A stretch of 64,000 nucleotides of DNA. It comes from an uncultured Candidatus Melainabacteria bacterium (lineage in GTDB: Bacteria; Cyanobacteriota; Vampirovibrionia; Gastranaerophilales; Gastranaerophilaceae). The DNA is taken from the NCBI GenBank assembly GCA_949927415.1, contig CATLFB010000007.1:24412-88411 (forward strand). The letters run 5' to 3'. Positions within the stretch are counted from its first letter, which is position 1. Every line of letters starts with the position of its first letter. The notes beneath the pieces were generated by a model. The model searched no databases. It was given only the letters and a program-made list of their open reading frames with translations, and was not told where the DNA came from. Of the stretch, positions 45,063 to 53,931 are shown in pieces. The position numbers and the translations under genes were made by a program.

Positions 45063-46345
45063 CTTTAATCATCGACAAACGCCGCGAACTTTCCGTGAAG
45101 TACAAAAAACTTCTCGAAAACGAACTTTCGACAGTCATCATCAGCAAAAACCTGATTTCTGCAATGAAATTAATTCAGGACAAAGAGCCGGATTTGATAA
45201 TCATTTCAGACAGCATTGACGGTGATTTGGGCGATTATTGCAAAAAAATTCGGGCGCTTACATACAACATGCGGCCCGTCATTGTTGCACTGTCAAAATC
45301 GGCGGAAGTTCAGGACAGACTGAATGCGCTTGTTTCGGGGGCTGATGATTTTTTGAGCGAGCCGGTTAACAGTGAAGAATTCATAATGCGAATGAAGGCG
45401 CACCTTCGCCGCGAATTCGAGTCAAACCTTGACAGCAAAAAGCTTTTGCCGAACAAAAATTACTCAATGCGAGCGCTGAAAAGGGTTTTAACGGCAAAAG
45501 AGGCATGGGGATGTCTTTATATCAGCATTGAAAATTTCTCGAACTATCGCGAAACATACACCGAACTTGCCTCAGACAAACTTATCCAGACCTATTGCGC
45601 AATCATGCAGTCGGCATTGAATGAAGAAGATTATCTGGGCGGAATTTCAGAAAACGAATTTTTGATAATCACAAATGCGCTAAAGGCTGAAAAAATCGCA
45701 AACTTTTTAGTTTTTGCGTTTGATTCTGTTGCGAAAAAATTCTATTCAGCGCAGGATATAAACCGCGGTTATGTAATCATGCAAGGAGATGAACTTGCCG
45801 GAAGGCGTTCAAACTTCGTCCACACAACCATTGGCGTTGTGACAAACGAGGTTCAAAAATACACTGACACAAACCGGCTTTTGACTTCTTTGAAAAATAT
45901 CCATGCTCTTGCGGATTTGCCCGACAGGTCGAATTACCTGATAGAGCGCGCAAAGATTTCGGGCGATGTAGAGACAAAACCCTTCAGTCATAAAATCGTC
46001 ATAATAGAGCCTGATGAGGCCATGAATATTCTCCTTAAAACTATTTTGGAACTTCAAGGATATGAAATCACGCTTTGCTCTGACATAACGGAAATAAGTG
46101 CTGAACAAAAGCCTTCTCTTCTTATTCTTGATGCCGGAAATGCCTCGGATTTGAAGGGTTTAGAGATGTGCAGACTTTTGCGCGAAAACCCCGAATTTTC
46201 AAATACAAAATTAATCGTAACTTCAATAATTCATGACAAAGAACTTGTCCTGAACTGCGGGGCTGATTTATATTTGCCAAAACCTTATGAACTTTCGAGT
46301 TTAATCAAATGGGTCAAAAAATTTGCAGACGAATTTCAGGCATAA
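45050..46345 (+). CDS. response regulator: degenerate REC - degenerate GGDEF-like - REC
   Basis: The first REC lacks the conserved Lys and one acidic residue. The middle domain has LGGISENEF in place of GGDEF. The C-terminal REC retains D (LLILD), T (VTS) and K (LPKP). It overlaps the kinase gene by 13 nt. Confidence 0.7.
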   Translation: MQSVTLIIDKRRELSVKYKKLLENELSTVIISKNLISAMKLIQDKEPDLIIISDSIDGDLGDYCKKIRALTYNMRPVIVALSKSAEVQDRLNALVSGADDFLSEPVNSEEFIMRMKAHLRREFESNLDSKKLLPNKNYSMRALKRVLTAKEAWGCLYISIENFSNYRETYTELASDKLIQTYCAIMQSALNEEDYLGGISENEFLIITNALKAEKIANFLVFAFDSVAKKFYSAQDINRGYVIMQGDELAGRRSNFVHTTIGVVTNEVQKYTDTNRLLTSLKNIHALADLPDRSNYLIERAKISGDVETKPFSHKIVIIEPDEAMNILLKTILELQGYEITLCSDITEISAEQKPSLLILDAGNASDLKGLEMCRLLRENPEFSNTKLIVTSIIHDKELVLNCGADLYLPKPYELSSLIKWVKKFADEFQA

Positions 46346-46417
46346 TTTTTCTGCTGTCTTCACGCATGACGGTCTCAAATCAATTATCCAAATGCACGGA
46401 AAAGAGAATCTGAGAAC

Positions 46418-48406
46418 TTAACCGTTTCCGTTGTGGATTCTGATGTAGTTCCAGTAGCTTCTGAAAACTTTTTTTACATAATTCTGTGTCTCAGGATATG
46501 GAATTTGTTCAACAAAATCGTCGCTGTCGTTGTAATAAAGCGTTTTTTGCCACTTTGTAACAGCACCGATTCCGCCGTTGTACGAGGCAATTGCAGAAAT
46601 ATCATGGCCTGAGAGAAGGCTTTTTATGTATGCATAATAGTAATTTCCGAGTTTTATATTGGATTCGGCATCATAAAGATTATACGCGCCAAGCCCTTTG
46701 ATTTTTGCGATTTCATCCGCCGTTGCAGGCATTATTTGCATAAGCCCTCTTGCGCCGACTCCGCTTGACGCTTCCGGATTGAAATAACTCTCTTCGCGTG
46801 TCAAACCAAGCATTAAAGGCGCATTGTTTCCGGTGCGGTCAGCGTATTTTTTGATTTCGTCATAATAATGAACCGGATACACAAGTCGCCAGCGCAAATC
46901 GTATTTATCGGGTTTTTCTTCCAATTTTTCCATCGCGTTTCTGGCTATCAGCATGGAACGCGAAAATTCACCATGTTTATACAAAATCCAGCTTTTTACA
47001 AATTCATCAGATCCGGCGATTTCGTTTAATACGTCGTAATCCTGCAATTCGACAAGTTTTTTGACTGTGGAATTTTTTATATTGTAAGGATATTCAACCG
47101 GTTTCGGGTTTATATAATCAATTATCAATGGTCCCGGGCGGTGATTCAGCCGAAGATACGCGCGGTATGCATAGTAGCTGTCGGGATAGGTTGAGATGAC
47201 TTTTTTGTAAATCCCCATGTATTCGCTGTAATCACGTGTCTTTTCCGCAAGTTTTCCCGTCCAGAACATTACCATTGGCGCAGATTCCCTGTCGCGGTAG
47301 CGGTTCAGGTAATCCTGTCCGATTTTTTTTGCATTGTTTATGTCGTTTGCCCGAACTGCATTCATAAATATTTCAGCCAGCGCTTTGTCTGTATATTTGC
47401 CGTTGGGGTAGGTGACGTAGAAATCTTTGTAACACTTGAGTTTGTCAGGCGCAGGTGAATATTTGCACTTCAAACTCGAAACATAATCAACGCCTTTTCC
47501 CGACAACTTCGACAAAAGCGTGTTCGCAGTTTGGAATTTTCCGGCCCCGCTCAAATCAAAATAAAGATTTATCGCATCAACCATATCGTCTTCCGAGACA
47601 TAAGATGTTTCGCCTGCAAAACCGTTTTCCAAAACCGAAAGCGCTTCTGCCTTGTGCCCTGTGACACTGAGGTTTTCGGCATTCAAAACCCAGCTTTCAT
47701 AAGAATTCGTATGCTCAAGAAGTTCTTTCACCCGCGGATATTCCCCAAACTTGAAAAGTGAATTCGCCATTATGAGATAATCATCGCCCGATATTGTTTT
47801 ATCAATCGAAAGCCAGTCGTTCACAACGTTTACGGCAAGCCTTCCGCCCGGCGCTTTTTTCAGATAATGCCTGAAATGCTCTTCAACATCATGTTTTTTC
47901 GATAGCGGGAAAATCGCATTTTCAGACTTTGTATATTCATTCATTGTAATTAGCCCTGAATAATATTCAGCAGCAATGGCATAATCGGAGTCAGGTGCAT
48001 CTTTTATTATTTGTTCAAAATATTTTCTTGCCTGCTTTGGATTGTCATCAACAAGCATTTGGGCGGCAAGATATTTTGAGCGCGTGCTTAAAGGATTTTT
48101 CGGATATTTTCCGAACAAAAACTGATACTTTCTTAAGGTCGAATCCTTGTCCCCGATTGCTTTTGCACATTCTGCCTGACGGTAAAGTGCCGCCGGCTTC
48201 AAATCAGACATCATCGAAATTTTCGAAAACAGATAATATGAATTTGAGTAATCCTCGCGCTTGAAGTCAGAAAGGGCTTCTCTGTATATTTTCATTGACT
48301 TTAAAGGCGTCTGGTAAAGCTTGTTGTAAAGGATTCCGCCGGCAAAACACAAAACAACCAGCGTTGAAGAAATAATTATTTTTTCACGTTTATTCATACC
48401 AATCAT
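46418..48406 (-). CDS. soluble lytic murein transglycosylase (Slt family) with TPR-like N-terminal region
   Basis: SLT motif REESYFNPEASSGVGARGLMQIMPATA, plus AYNGG and a signal/anchor sequence. Confidence 0.85.
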   Translation of the reverse strand: MIGMNKREKIIISSTLVVLCFAGGILYNKLYQTPLKSMKIYREALSDFKREDYSNSYYLFSKISMMSDLKPAALYRQAECAKAIGDKDSTLRKYQFLFGKYPKNPLSTRSKYLAAQMLVDDNPKQARKYFEQIIKDAPDSDYAIAAEYYSGLITMNEYTKSENAIFPLSKKHDVEEHFRHYLKKAPGGRLAVNVVNDWLSIDKTISGDDYLIMANSLFKFGEYPRVKELLEHTNSYESWVLNAENLSVTGHKAEALSVLENGFAGETSYVSEDDMVDAINLYFDLSGAGKFQTANTLLSKLSGKGVDYVSSLKCKYSPAPDKLKCYKDFYVTYPNGKYTDKALAEIFMNAVRANDINNAKKIGQDYLNRYRDRESAPMVMFWTGKLAEKTRDYSEYMGIYKKVISTYPDSYYAYRAYLRLNHRPGPLIIDYINPKPVEYPYNIKNSTVKKLVELQDYDVLNEIAGSDEFVKSWILYKHGEFSRSMLIARNAMEKLEEKPDKYDLRWRLVYPVHYYDEIKKYADRTGNNAPLMLGLTREESYFNPEASSGVGARGLMQIMPATADEIAKIKGLGAYNLYDAESNIKLGNYYYAYIKSLLSGHDISAIASYNGGIGAVTKWQKTLYYNDSDDFVEQIPYPETQNYVKKVFRSYWNYIRIHNGNG

Positions 48407-48563
48407 ATTTTACAATAATATCAGAAACTTCGCCAAAACAAAAATTTTTCAAGAAAAGTTACATTTATTAGCCAACAAATTACCTTTTTTTGATAATTTA
48501 TAATATAATAATCGTAAGAGATATATATGCCGTCGAAATGTTGCGGATAAAAGAGGAGTAAAA

Positions 48564-49961
48564 ATGTTCGGAATTATACTTGCCGGGGGTTCAGGAAGCA
48601 GATTGTGGCCGTTATCAAGGGATTTATGCCCTAAACAGCTTTTGAATTTGACAGGCGAAAACAGTCTTATCCAATCGACTTTCGAAAGGCTGCAGCATTG
48701 CATGCCTTCAGAAAATATTTTGAGCATAACTAACACAAAGCATCTTGCAAATATCAGAATGCAGTTGAAAGAACTGTACCAGAATCCGCTTGTACTCTCA
48801 GAATCGGTTTCAAAAAATACAGCTCCTGCAATCGCGCTTTCGACAAAATTTATTGCTGAAAATTACGGGAAAGACGAAATAATTCTTGCAGTTCCCTCTG
48901 ATCATCTGATAAATGACATTGAAAAATTTAAAAATTCTATTCAGCAGGGGGAAGAACTTGCAAAAGCAGGTTATATTGTAACTTTTGGGGTAAAACCTTC
49001 ATATTGCGAAACCGGTTTTGGATACATAAAATGCGCAGAAAAATGTTCTGATGGGTTCAGAGTAAAACAATTCTCGGAAAAGCCGGATATTGAAACCGCG
49101 CAAGAATATCTTCAGGATGAGACATGTTTTTGGAACAGCGGAATTTTCATGTTCAAAGCCTCGGTTTTGCTGGAAGAGATGCACATGCACTGTCCTGAAA
49201 TTTTCGAAATCTCACAAAGAATTGATATGAAAGACACGACAGAAATTCCGTTTGTGGAATTTGACAAGATGCCGAACATTTCGATAGATTACGCGCTTAT
49301 GGAAAAGTCTAAAAATCTTGTGATGGTTGAACTTGCGAGCGACTGGAAGGATGTCGGAAGCTGGGATGCGATTTATGATATAAGCAAAAAAGATGAGCGA
49401 AACAACGTGTTTGTCGGGCATGTTATGGATGAGAATTCAAAGAATTGTCTGGTATATTCATCTTCCAAGCTTGTTGCGACAATCGGCTTAGAGGATACGG
49501 TAATTGTTGAAACCGAAGATGCGATTCTTGCCTGCCGAAAGGACAAAACGCAGGATGTAAAACATATTTACGAAACATTAAAAGAGCAAAATGACGACAC
49601 ATCTCTTGTACACAAAACGGTTTACCGCCCATGGGGATTTTACACGGTAATTGCGCAGGGTGCGGGATTTTTGACGAAGATAATACATGTAAATCCGAAA
49701 CAGAAATTGTCGCTGCAGTCGCACAATCACAGGAGCGAGCACTGGGTTATTTTATCTGGCACCGCAAAGGTTGTACTGGGTTCAAAGGAATTAATTTTGA
49801 ATTCCGGCCACAGCGTGGATATTCCGGTAAAAGCGGTGCATTCACTTCAAAATCCGTACGATGAAGCCGTTGAAGTCATCGAGGTACAAAAAGGCGACAT
49901 CCTAATCGAAGAAGACATCATCCGCTACGAAGACATGTACGGCCGGGTGCTACGCACTTAG
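48564..49961 (+). CDS. manC: mannose-1-phosphate guanylyltransferase / mannose-6-phosphate isomerase
   Basis: ILAGGSGSRLWPLSR N-terminus and a C-terminal cupin (RPWGFY...HNHRSEHW). The last 4 codons and the stop lie inside a repeat anchor. Confidence 0.9.
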   Translation: MFGIILAGGSGSRLWPLSRDLCPKQLLNLTGENSLIQSTFERLQHCMPSENILSITNTKHLANIRMQLKELYQNPLVLSESVSKNTAPAIALSTKFIAENYGKDEIILAVPSDHLINDIEKFKNSIQQGEELAKAGYIVTFGVKPSYCETGFGYIKCAEKCSDGFRVKQFSEKPDIETAQEYLQDETCFWNSGIFMFKASVLLEEMHMHCPEIFEISQRIDMKDTTEIPFVEFDKMPNISIDYALMEKSKNLVMVELASDWKDVGSWDAIYDISKKDERNNVFVGHVMDENSKNCLVYSSSKLVATIGLEDTVIVETEDAILACRKDKTQDVKHIYETLKEQNDDTSLVHKTVYRPWGFYTVIAQGAGFLTKIIHVNPKQKLSLQSHNHRSEHWVILSGTAKVVLGSKELILNSGHSVDIPVKAVHSLQNPYDEAVEVIEVQKGDILIEEDIIRYEDMYGRVLRT

Positions 49962-50850
49962 ACACCCTGGGTCTGTCATACAAGTGGCGCTTGTGAAGGA
50001 ATTAGGCGCGGAAGCGCAGAATTAGGATGAATGCGCTAAGAAAAAGCTATGTCTTTTGACGATTGTTGTGAAATTGTTACGGTTTTTATTACGCACGTAG
50101 ATGGATTTTCGCACACGTGAAAAGAGCGTGAGCGACTGGAACCCGTAACATCCAAAGCACCGTAGCGAGCGCGAGTCGGCAGAGGGTGAAAAGCATTGCG
50201 TGGAGCAACGCTTTGGAACCCGTTTAGCGCCGCCGAGCAAGACAGCGGCAAAATCGCGTGAGCGATTTGTAGCGAGCATAAGGTGCAGGACAGCCGAATA
50301 ATCCAGACACATTGGAACTGAATTAGGTGAATAGCTCTTTTAAAGATATAGACGCTGGACGTTCAGAAATAGGACGGAGGCGCTGGTAACAGACGCCCTC
50401 TTATGGCGACATCTGCAAAATGCTGACGAAAATCGTCGCATCCCCTCTCCTGGTAGAGGAGAGGGAAGAATTTCTTAACGAGCCAATGCGAGTTTAGAAA
50501 TTCGGGTGAGGTACTACGTACGTAGGCACATCGGAACGGTTATACCGTGGGTGCTTTTGAAAGAAACAGACAAAGAAATCTGAAATTATGACAAGGCCGC
50601 TTGGAAAGGCCAATGTCTTCTGATGATTATCACCAAATGTCACGATGTATTTGATGTACGTAGGCACATCGGAACGGTTATACCGTGGGCGCTTTTGAAA
50701 GAATTAGACAAAAAAACGGAAATTATGACAAAGCCGCTTGGAAAGTCCAATGTCTTTTGACAATTTCGAAAAAGCCCCGATGAAATTACGCATGTAAACA
50801 TATTAGGTCTGAATCAGGCCATAGGCACCGGCGAAGAATTTATCGCTTCC
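49945..50850. repeat. composite tandem repeat array, locus C (about 4.5 units, one 204-bp insert, one hairpin module)
   Basis: Anchors are at 49950 (CTACGCACTTAG), 50089, 50514 (CTACGTACGTAG), 50656 and a degenerate one at 50787. The architecture matches locus B. Confidence 0.85.
50102..50305. repeat. insertion-like sub-element (type 2), copy C, 204 bp with internal duplication
   Basis: TGGATTTTCGCACACGTG... ...GCCGAATAATCCA, inserted at the same position of the anchor as copy B. GGAACCCGT and GTGAGCGA motifs occur twice. Confidence 0.5.
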
Positions 50851-51341
50851 TCTACAATAATTTATCCTTAAATTTGCTCAATAATGCCCCAAACCACAAC
50901 AAACAAACGAAAACCTTCCGGATTTATTCACCGCCAATTCCCCTGCCGTGAAGTCAGAAAATCCAGATTCTGCAACACTATGCGCAATCCAACGTTGCAA
51001 AAAGTTCCCTTAAAATTTTTAATCTCCGGCTTGGCGCCTATTTTGTCACCAGAATATTAACCCAAGCCAGTTTTCCGCGTTTCGGCGTCTTCAGGGTAAT
51101 TTCTTTCTTTGTCTTTTCGGGGGTAAAATCTGATTTTTGATAGTTAATTAAAAATCGCATAAATTCAGGGCTGAACATTAACACTCCTTTATCACACTTT
51201 TTGAGAATCTAAATAATACACATACTACCACTTGTATATATATAAAAACATAAATCCGGAAATTTTTGTCTATTTTTAAATAATTATTTACATATATTAA
51301 TAACGCCTTTTTTCATGTATAATTTCTAAAGAGGAAAATTT

Positions 51342-52001
51342 ATGAAACAAACATCAATTATTGATATAATTTCTCCGGTAATGGTAGGCCCTTCAAGTTC
51401 GCATACGGCAGGTGCCGTGCGTCTCGGGCTTCTTGCAAAAAATATTTATAACGATATTCCGGACAAAGTTATTTTTAAACTTTACAATTCATACGCCCAA
51501 ACCGGCAAAGGTCATGGCACCGACAAAGGTTTGCTGGCTGGTGTTCTCGGCCTAAGTGTGGATGATGTCAGAATTAAAGATATTTTTGATTCTGATATCG
51601 CAAAAACATTTAACTACGAATTTCAATACTTCGAAGACTTTAACCGCCACCCGAACGCTGTGGATTTTGTCTTTGAAGGCCGCCGCAATATGATGATTTC
51701 CGGAAATTCGGTTGGGGCAGGCGAAGTCGAAATTACAAACATTGACGGTTTTTCCGTAAACCTTACCGGCAAATATAATACACTTCTTTTAGTGTACAAA
51801 GATGTTCCGAACATGATTTCAAGAGTGACAAATTCAATTCAGGTGAATATCGCATCTTTCCACTGCGACCGCTCTGGAAAGGGGCGCGAAGCCTCTATGG
51901 CAATCTGTCTGGATGGCGAAATTAATCAGAAAGTAATTGATTTTCTGGGTCTGATTGATGATGTTTATATGATTAGATACATTAAGAAATTGGAAAGTTA
52001 G
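51342..52001 (+). CDS. sdaAB: L-serine dehydratase, iron-sulfur-dependent, beta subunit
   Basis: IISPVMVGPSSSHTAGAVRLG is the typical N-terminus. The C-terminus is ACT-like. Confidence 0.9.
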   Translation: MKQTSIIDIISPVMVGPSSSHTAGAVRLGLLAKNIYNDIPDKVIFKLYNSYAQTGKGHGTDKGLLAGVLGLSVDDVRIKDIFDSDIAKTFNYEFQYFEDFNRHPNAVDFVFEGRRNMMISGNSVGAGEVEITNIDGFSVNLTGKYNTLLLVYKDVPNMISRVTNSIQVNIASFHCDRSGKGREASMAICLDGEINQKVIDFLGLIDDVYMIRYIKKLES

Positions 52002-52002
52002 T

Positions 52003-52881
52003 ATGATGATTAATATAAATACCTTTGAAGAGTTGCAAAATGCCTGCAATGCGTCGGGGAAAAAGATTTATGAAATAACTCAGGAATATGAGGCAGAATT
52101 AGCCGAAACAACGGTTCCGGAAATTCGTGCAATAGTCAAAAAATCACTCGATGCAATGAAAGACGCTATTAAAACAGGCTTGAAAAGTAATGAAATGTCT
52201 ATCAGCGGCATGTGCGGCGACGACTGCGACAGACTGCAGAAGAGATTTAATCAAGAAAAATCAATTTTCGGCAAGACTTTTGAAAAAATTACAACCTACG
52301 CACTTGCCACAATCGAGGAAAACCTTCGCATGGGAAAAATTGCGGCCTGCCCGACAGCCGGCTCCTGCGCGATTGTTCCGTCGGTTTTAGTTGGCGTGAG
52401 CGAGGATTTGGGTATCTGTGAAGAAGAACAGATTAATGCCTTGATAACAGCAGGTGCAATCGGAAGGATTATTTCGAACAAAGTGGCGCTTGCAGGTGCT
52501 GTTGCAGGCTGTCAGGCTGAATGCGGGGTTGCATCTGCAATGAGCGCGGGTGCTTTGACGCAAATGCGCGGCGGAAGCGTTGAGCAGGTCTTGAATGCGG
52601 TTGCGCTTGCGATGAAAAACCTTTTGGGGCTGACTTGCGATCCGGTTTGCGGGCTTGTTGAAATCCCTTGCGTTAAACGAAATCCTTTTCTGGCAATTCA
52701 TGCTGTGACGGCATCTGAACTTGCTCTTGCTGATATCAAGACAAAAATTCCGTTTGACGAAGTTATTGACGCGCTTGAGCAAACCGGAAAATTGATGTCT
52801 CCGATGCTCAAAGAAAGTTCGCAGGCTGGTCTTGCAACAACTAAAACAGCATTGGAATTGAAGGCTAAGTTGTTTAAATAA
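52003..52881 (+). CDS. sdaAA: L-serine dehydratase, iron-sulfur-dependent, alpha subunit
   Basis: Cys ligand context (AACPTAGSCAIVP, GCQAECG, LTCDPV). It is adjacent to sdaAB. Confidence 0.9.
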   Translation: MMININTFEELQNACNASGKKIYEITQEYEAELAETTVPEIRAIVKKSLDAMKDAIKTGLKSNEMSISGMCGDDCDRLQKRFNQEKSIFGKTFEKITTYALATIEENLRMGKIAACPTAGSCAIVPSVLVGVSEDLGICEEEQINALITAGAIGRIISNKVALAGAVAGCQAECGVASAMSAGALTQMRGGSVEQVLNAVALAMKNLLGLTCDPVCGLVEIPCVKRNPFLAIHAVTASELALADIKTKIPFDEVIDALEQTGKLMSPMLKESSQAGLATTKTALELKAKLFK

Positions 52882-52993
52882 TTTGCCTTTCAAGCTTATT
52901 GTATTTAAAAAGGCTCATGAATATTTCATGGCCTTTTTGCTTGCTAAATCCCTTAATTTTTGCGCGTTTGAATGTTGTGCGATGGCGTGGCAT

Positions 52994-53839
52994 CTAATTA
53001 TCCAAAACATATTTTATTACAGCATTGCTGCCTTGTGATGATATATATAAAATGTTGCCTGAAATATGCATTCCGTAAGGTTTGGGAACGTTCGACAATA
53101 AAATTGTTGCCGCACCGTCTGATGAGACTTTTAAGATGTTATTAGTGTTGTAATTTGAGATGTAAATATTTCCGTTGCTATCGCTTACCATGCCGATGGG
53201 GCCGTTAACCCGGACATCTTTTATATATACAAGTTTCTTGCCGTCGGGTGTTATCTTATAGATTGTATTGTCAGAAAATCCTGCAACATAAACATTGCCT
53301 TCGGTGTCGGTTGTGATTCCGGTCGGGCTTGGGATATCGTTAAACACGTTGTTTGAGGGCGGAACTTTTGTTTGTTCGGCTTCTTTTGCCTTTTCTTCTT
53401 TCTTGATTGTCTGCATGTCGGTTTGCAGCTGGCGCGCAAGTTGCTGCGCTTTAGGCGCAATTTGAGCGCTTGATGGGATTATTGAAAGATATGATTTCGC
53501 CTTATCGTTCTGGCCGGTTTTCATGCTTAAATATGCGGCTTTGTATACAGCCTCGTAATCATCGGGTTTGCGCACAATAATCTGTTTGAATACCGTCAAA
53601 GCTTCGTTATATTGCTGTAAATGCTCAAGAACGGTTCCAAGATTGTAGTATGCGTCGATGTAATTTGAATCCAGTTCGGTTGCTTTTCTGAATGCAGCCA
53701 TTGACCTTTCGTATTCGCCTAGTTTGTAAAGTTCAACGCCTTCGTTATAAATAAGTTTTGCGGCATTAGGCGGTTCTGCAAAAGCCGCGGCAGATGTAAG
53801 AGATGCCAGAATTAATAATGCAGTAAGTGTTTTTTTCAT
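52994..53839 (-). CDS. secreted TPR plus NHL-repeat (beta-propeller) protein
   Basis: Signal peptide, TPR motifs (AYYNLGTVLEHLQQYNEAL), and NHL-like repeats (GNVYVAGFSDNTIYKITPDGK). Confidence 0.7.
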   Translation of the reverse strand: MKKTLTALLILASLTSAAAFAEPPNAAKLIYNEGVELYKLGEYERSMAAFRKATELDSNYIDAYYNLGTVLEHLQQYNEALTVFKQIIVRKPDDYEAVYKAAYLSMKTGQNDKAKSYLSIIPSSAQIAPKAQQLARQLQTDMQTIKKEEKAKEAEQTKVPPSNNVFNDIPSPTGITTDTEGNVYVAGFSDNTIYKITPDGKKLVYIKDVRVNGPIGMVSDSNGNIYISNYNTNNILKVSSDGAATILLSNVPKPYGMHISGNILYISSQGSNAVIKYVLDN

Positions 53840-53931
53840 AATGTAACCCCGTGTTTAGGTTTCTACCGATTTTAGCGGTCTTTATTTGAGAAAGGCGCCG
53901 CGCATGCGCGGCGCTCTTTTATAATATCAAA

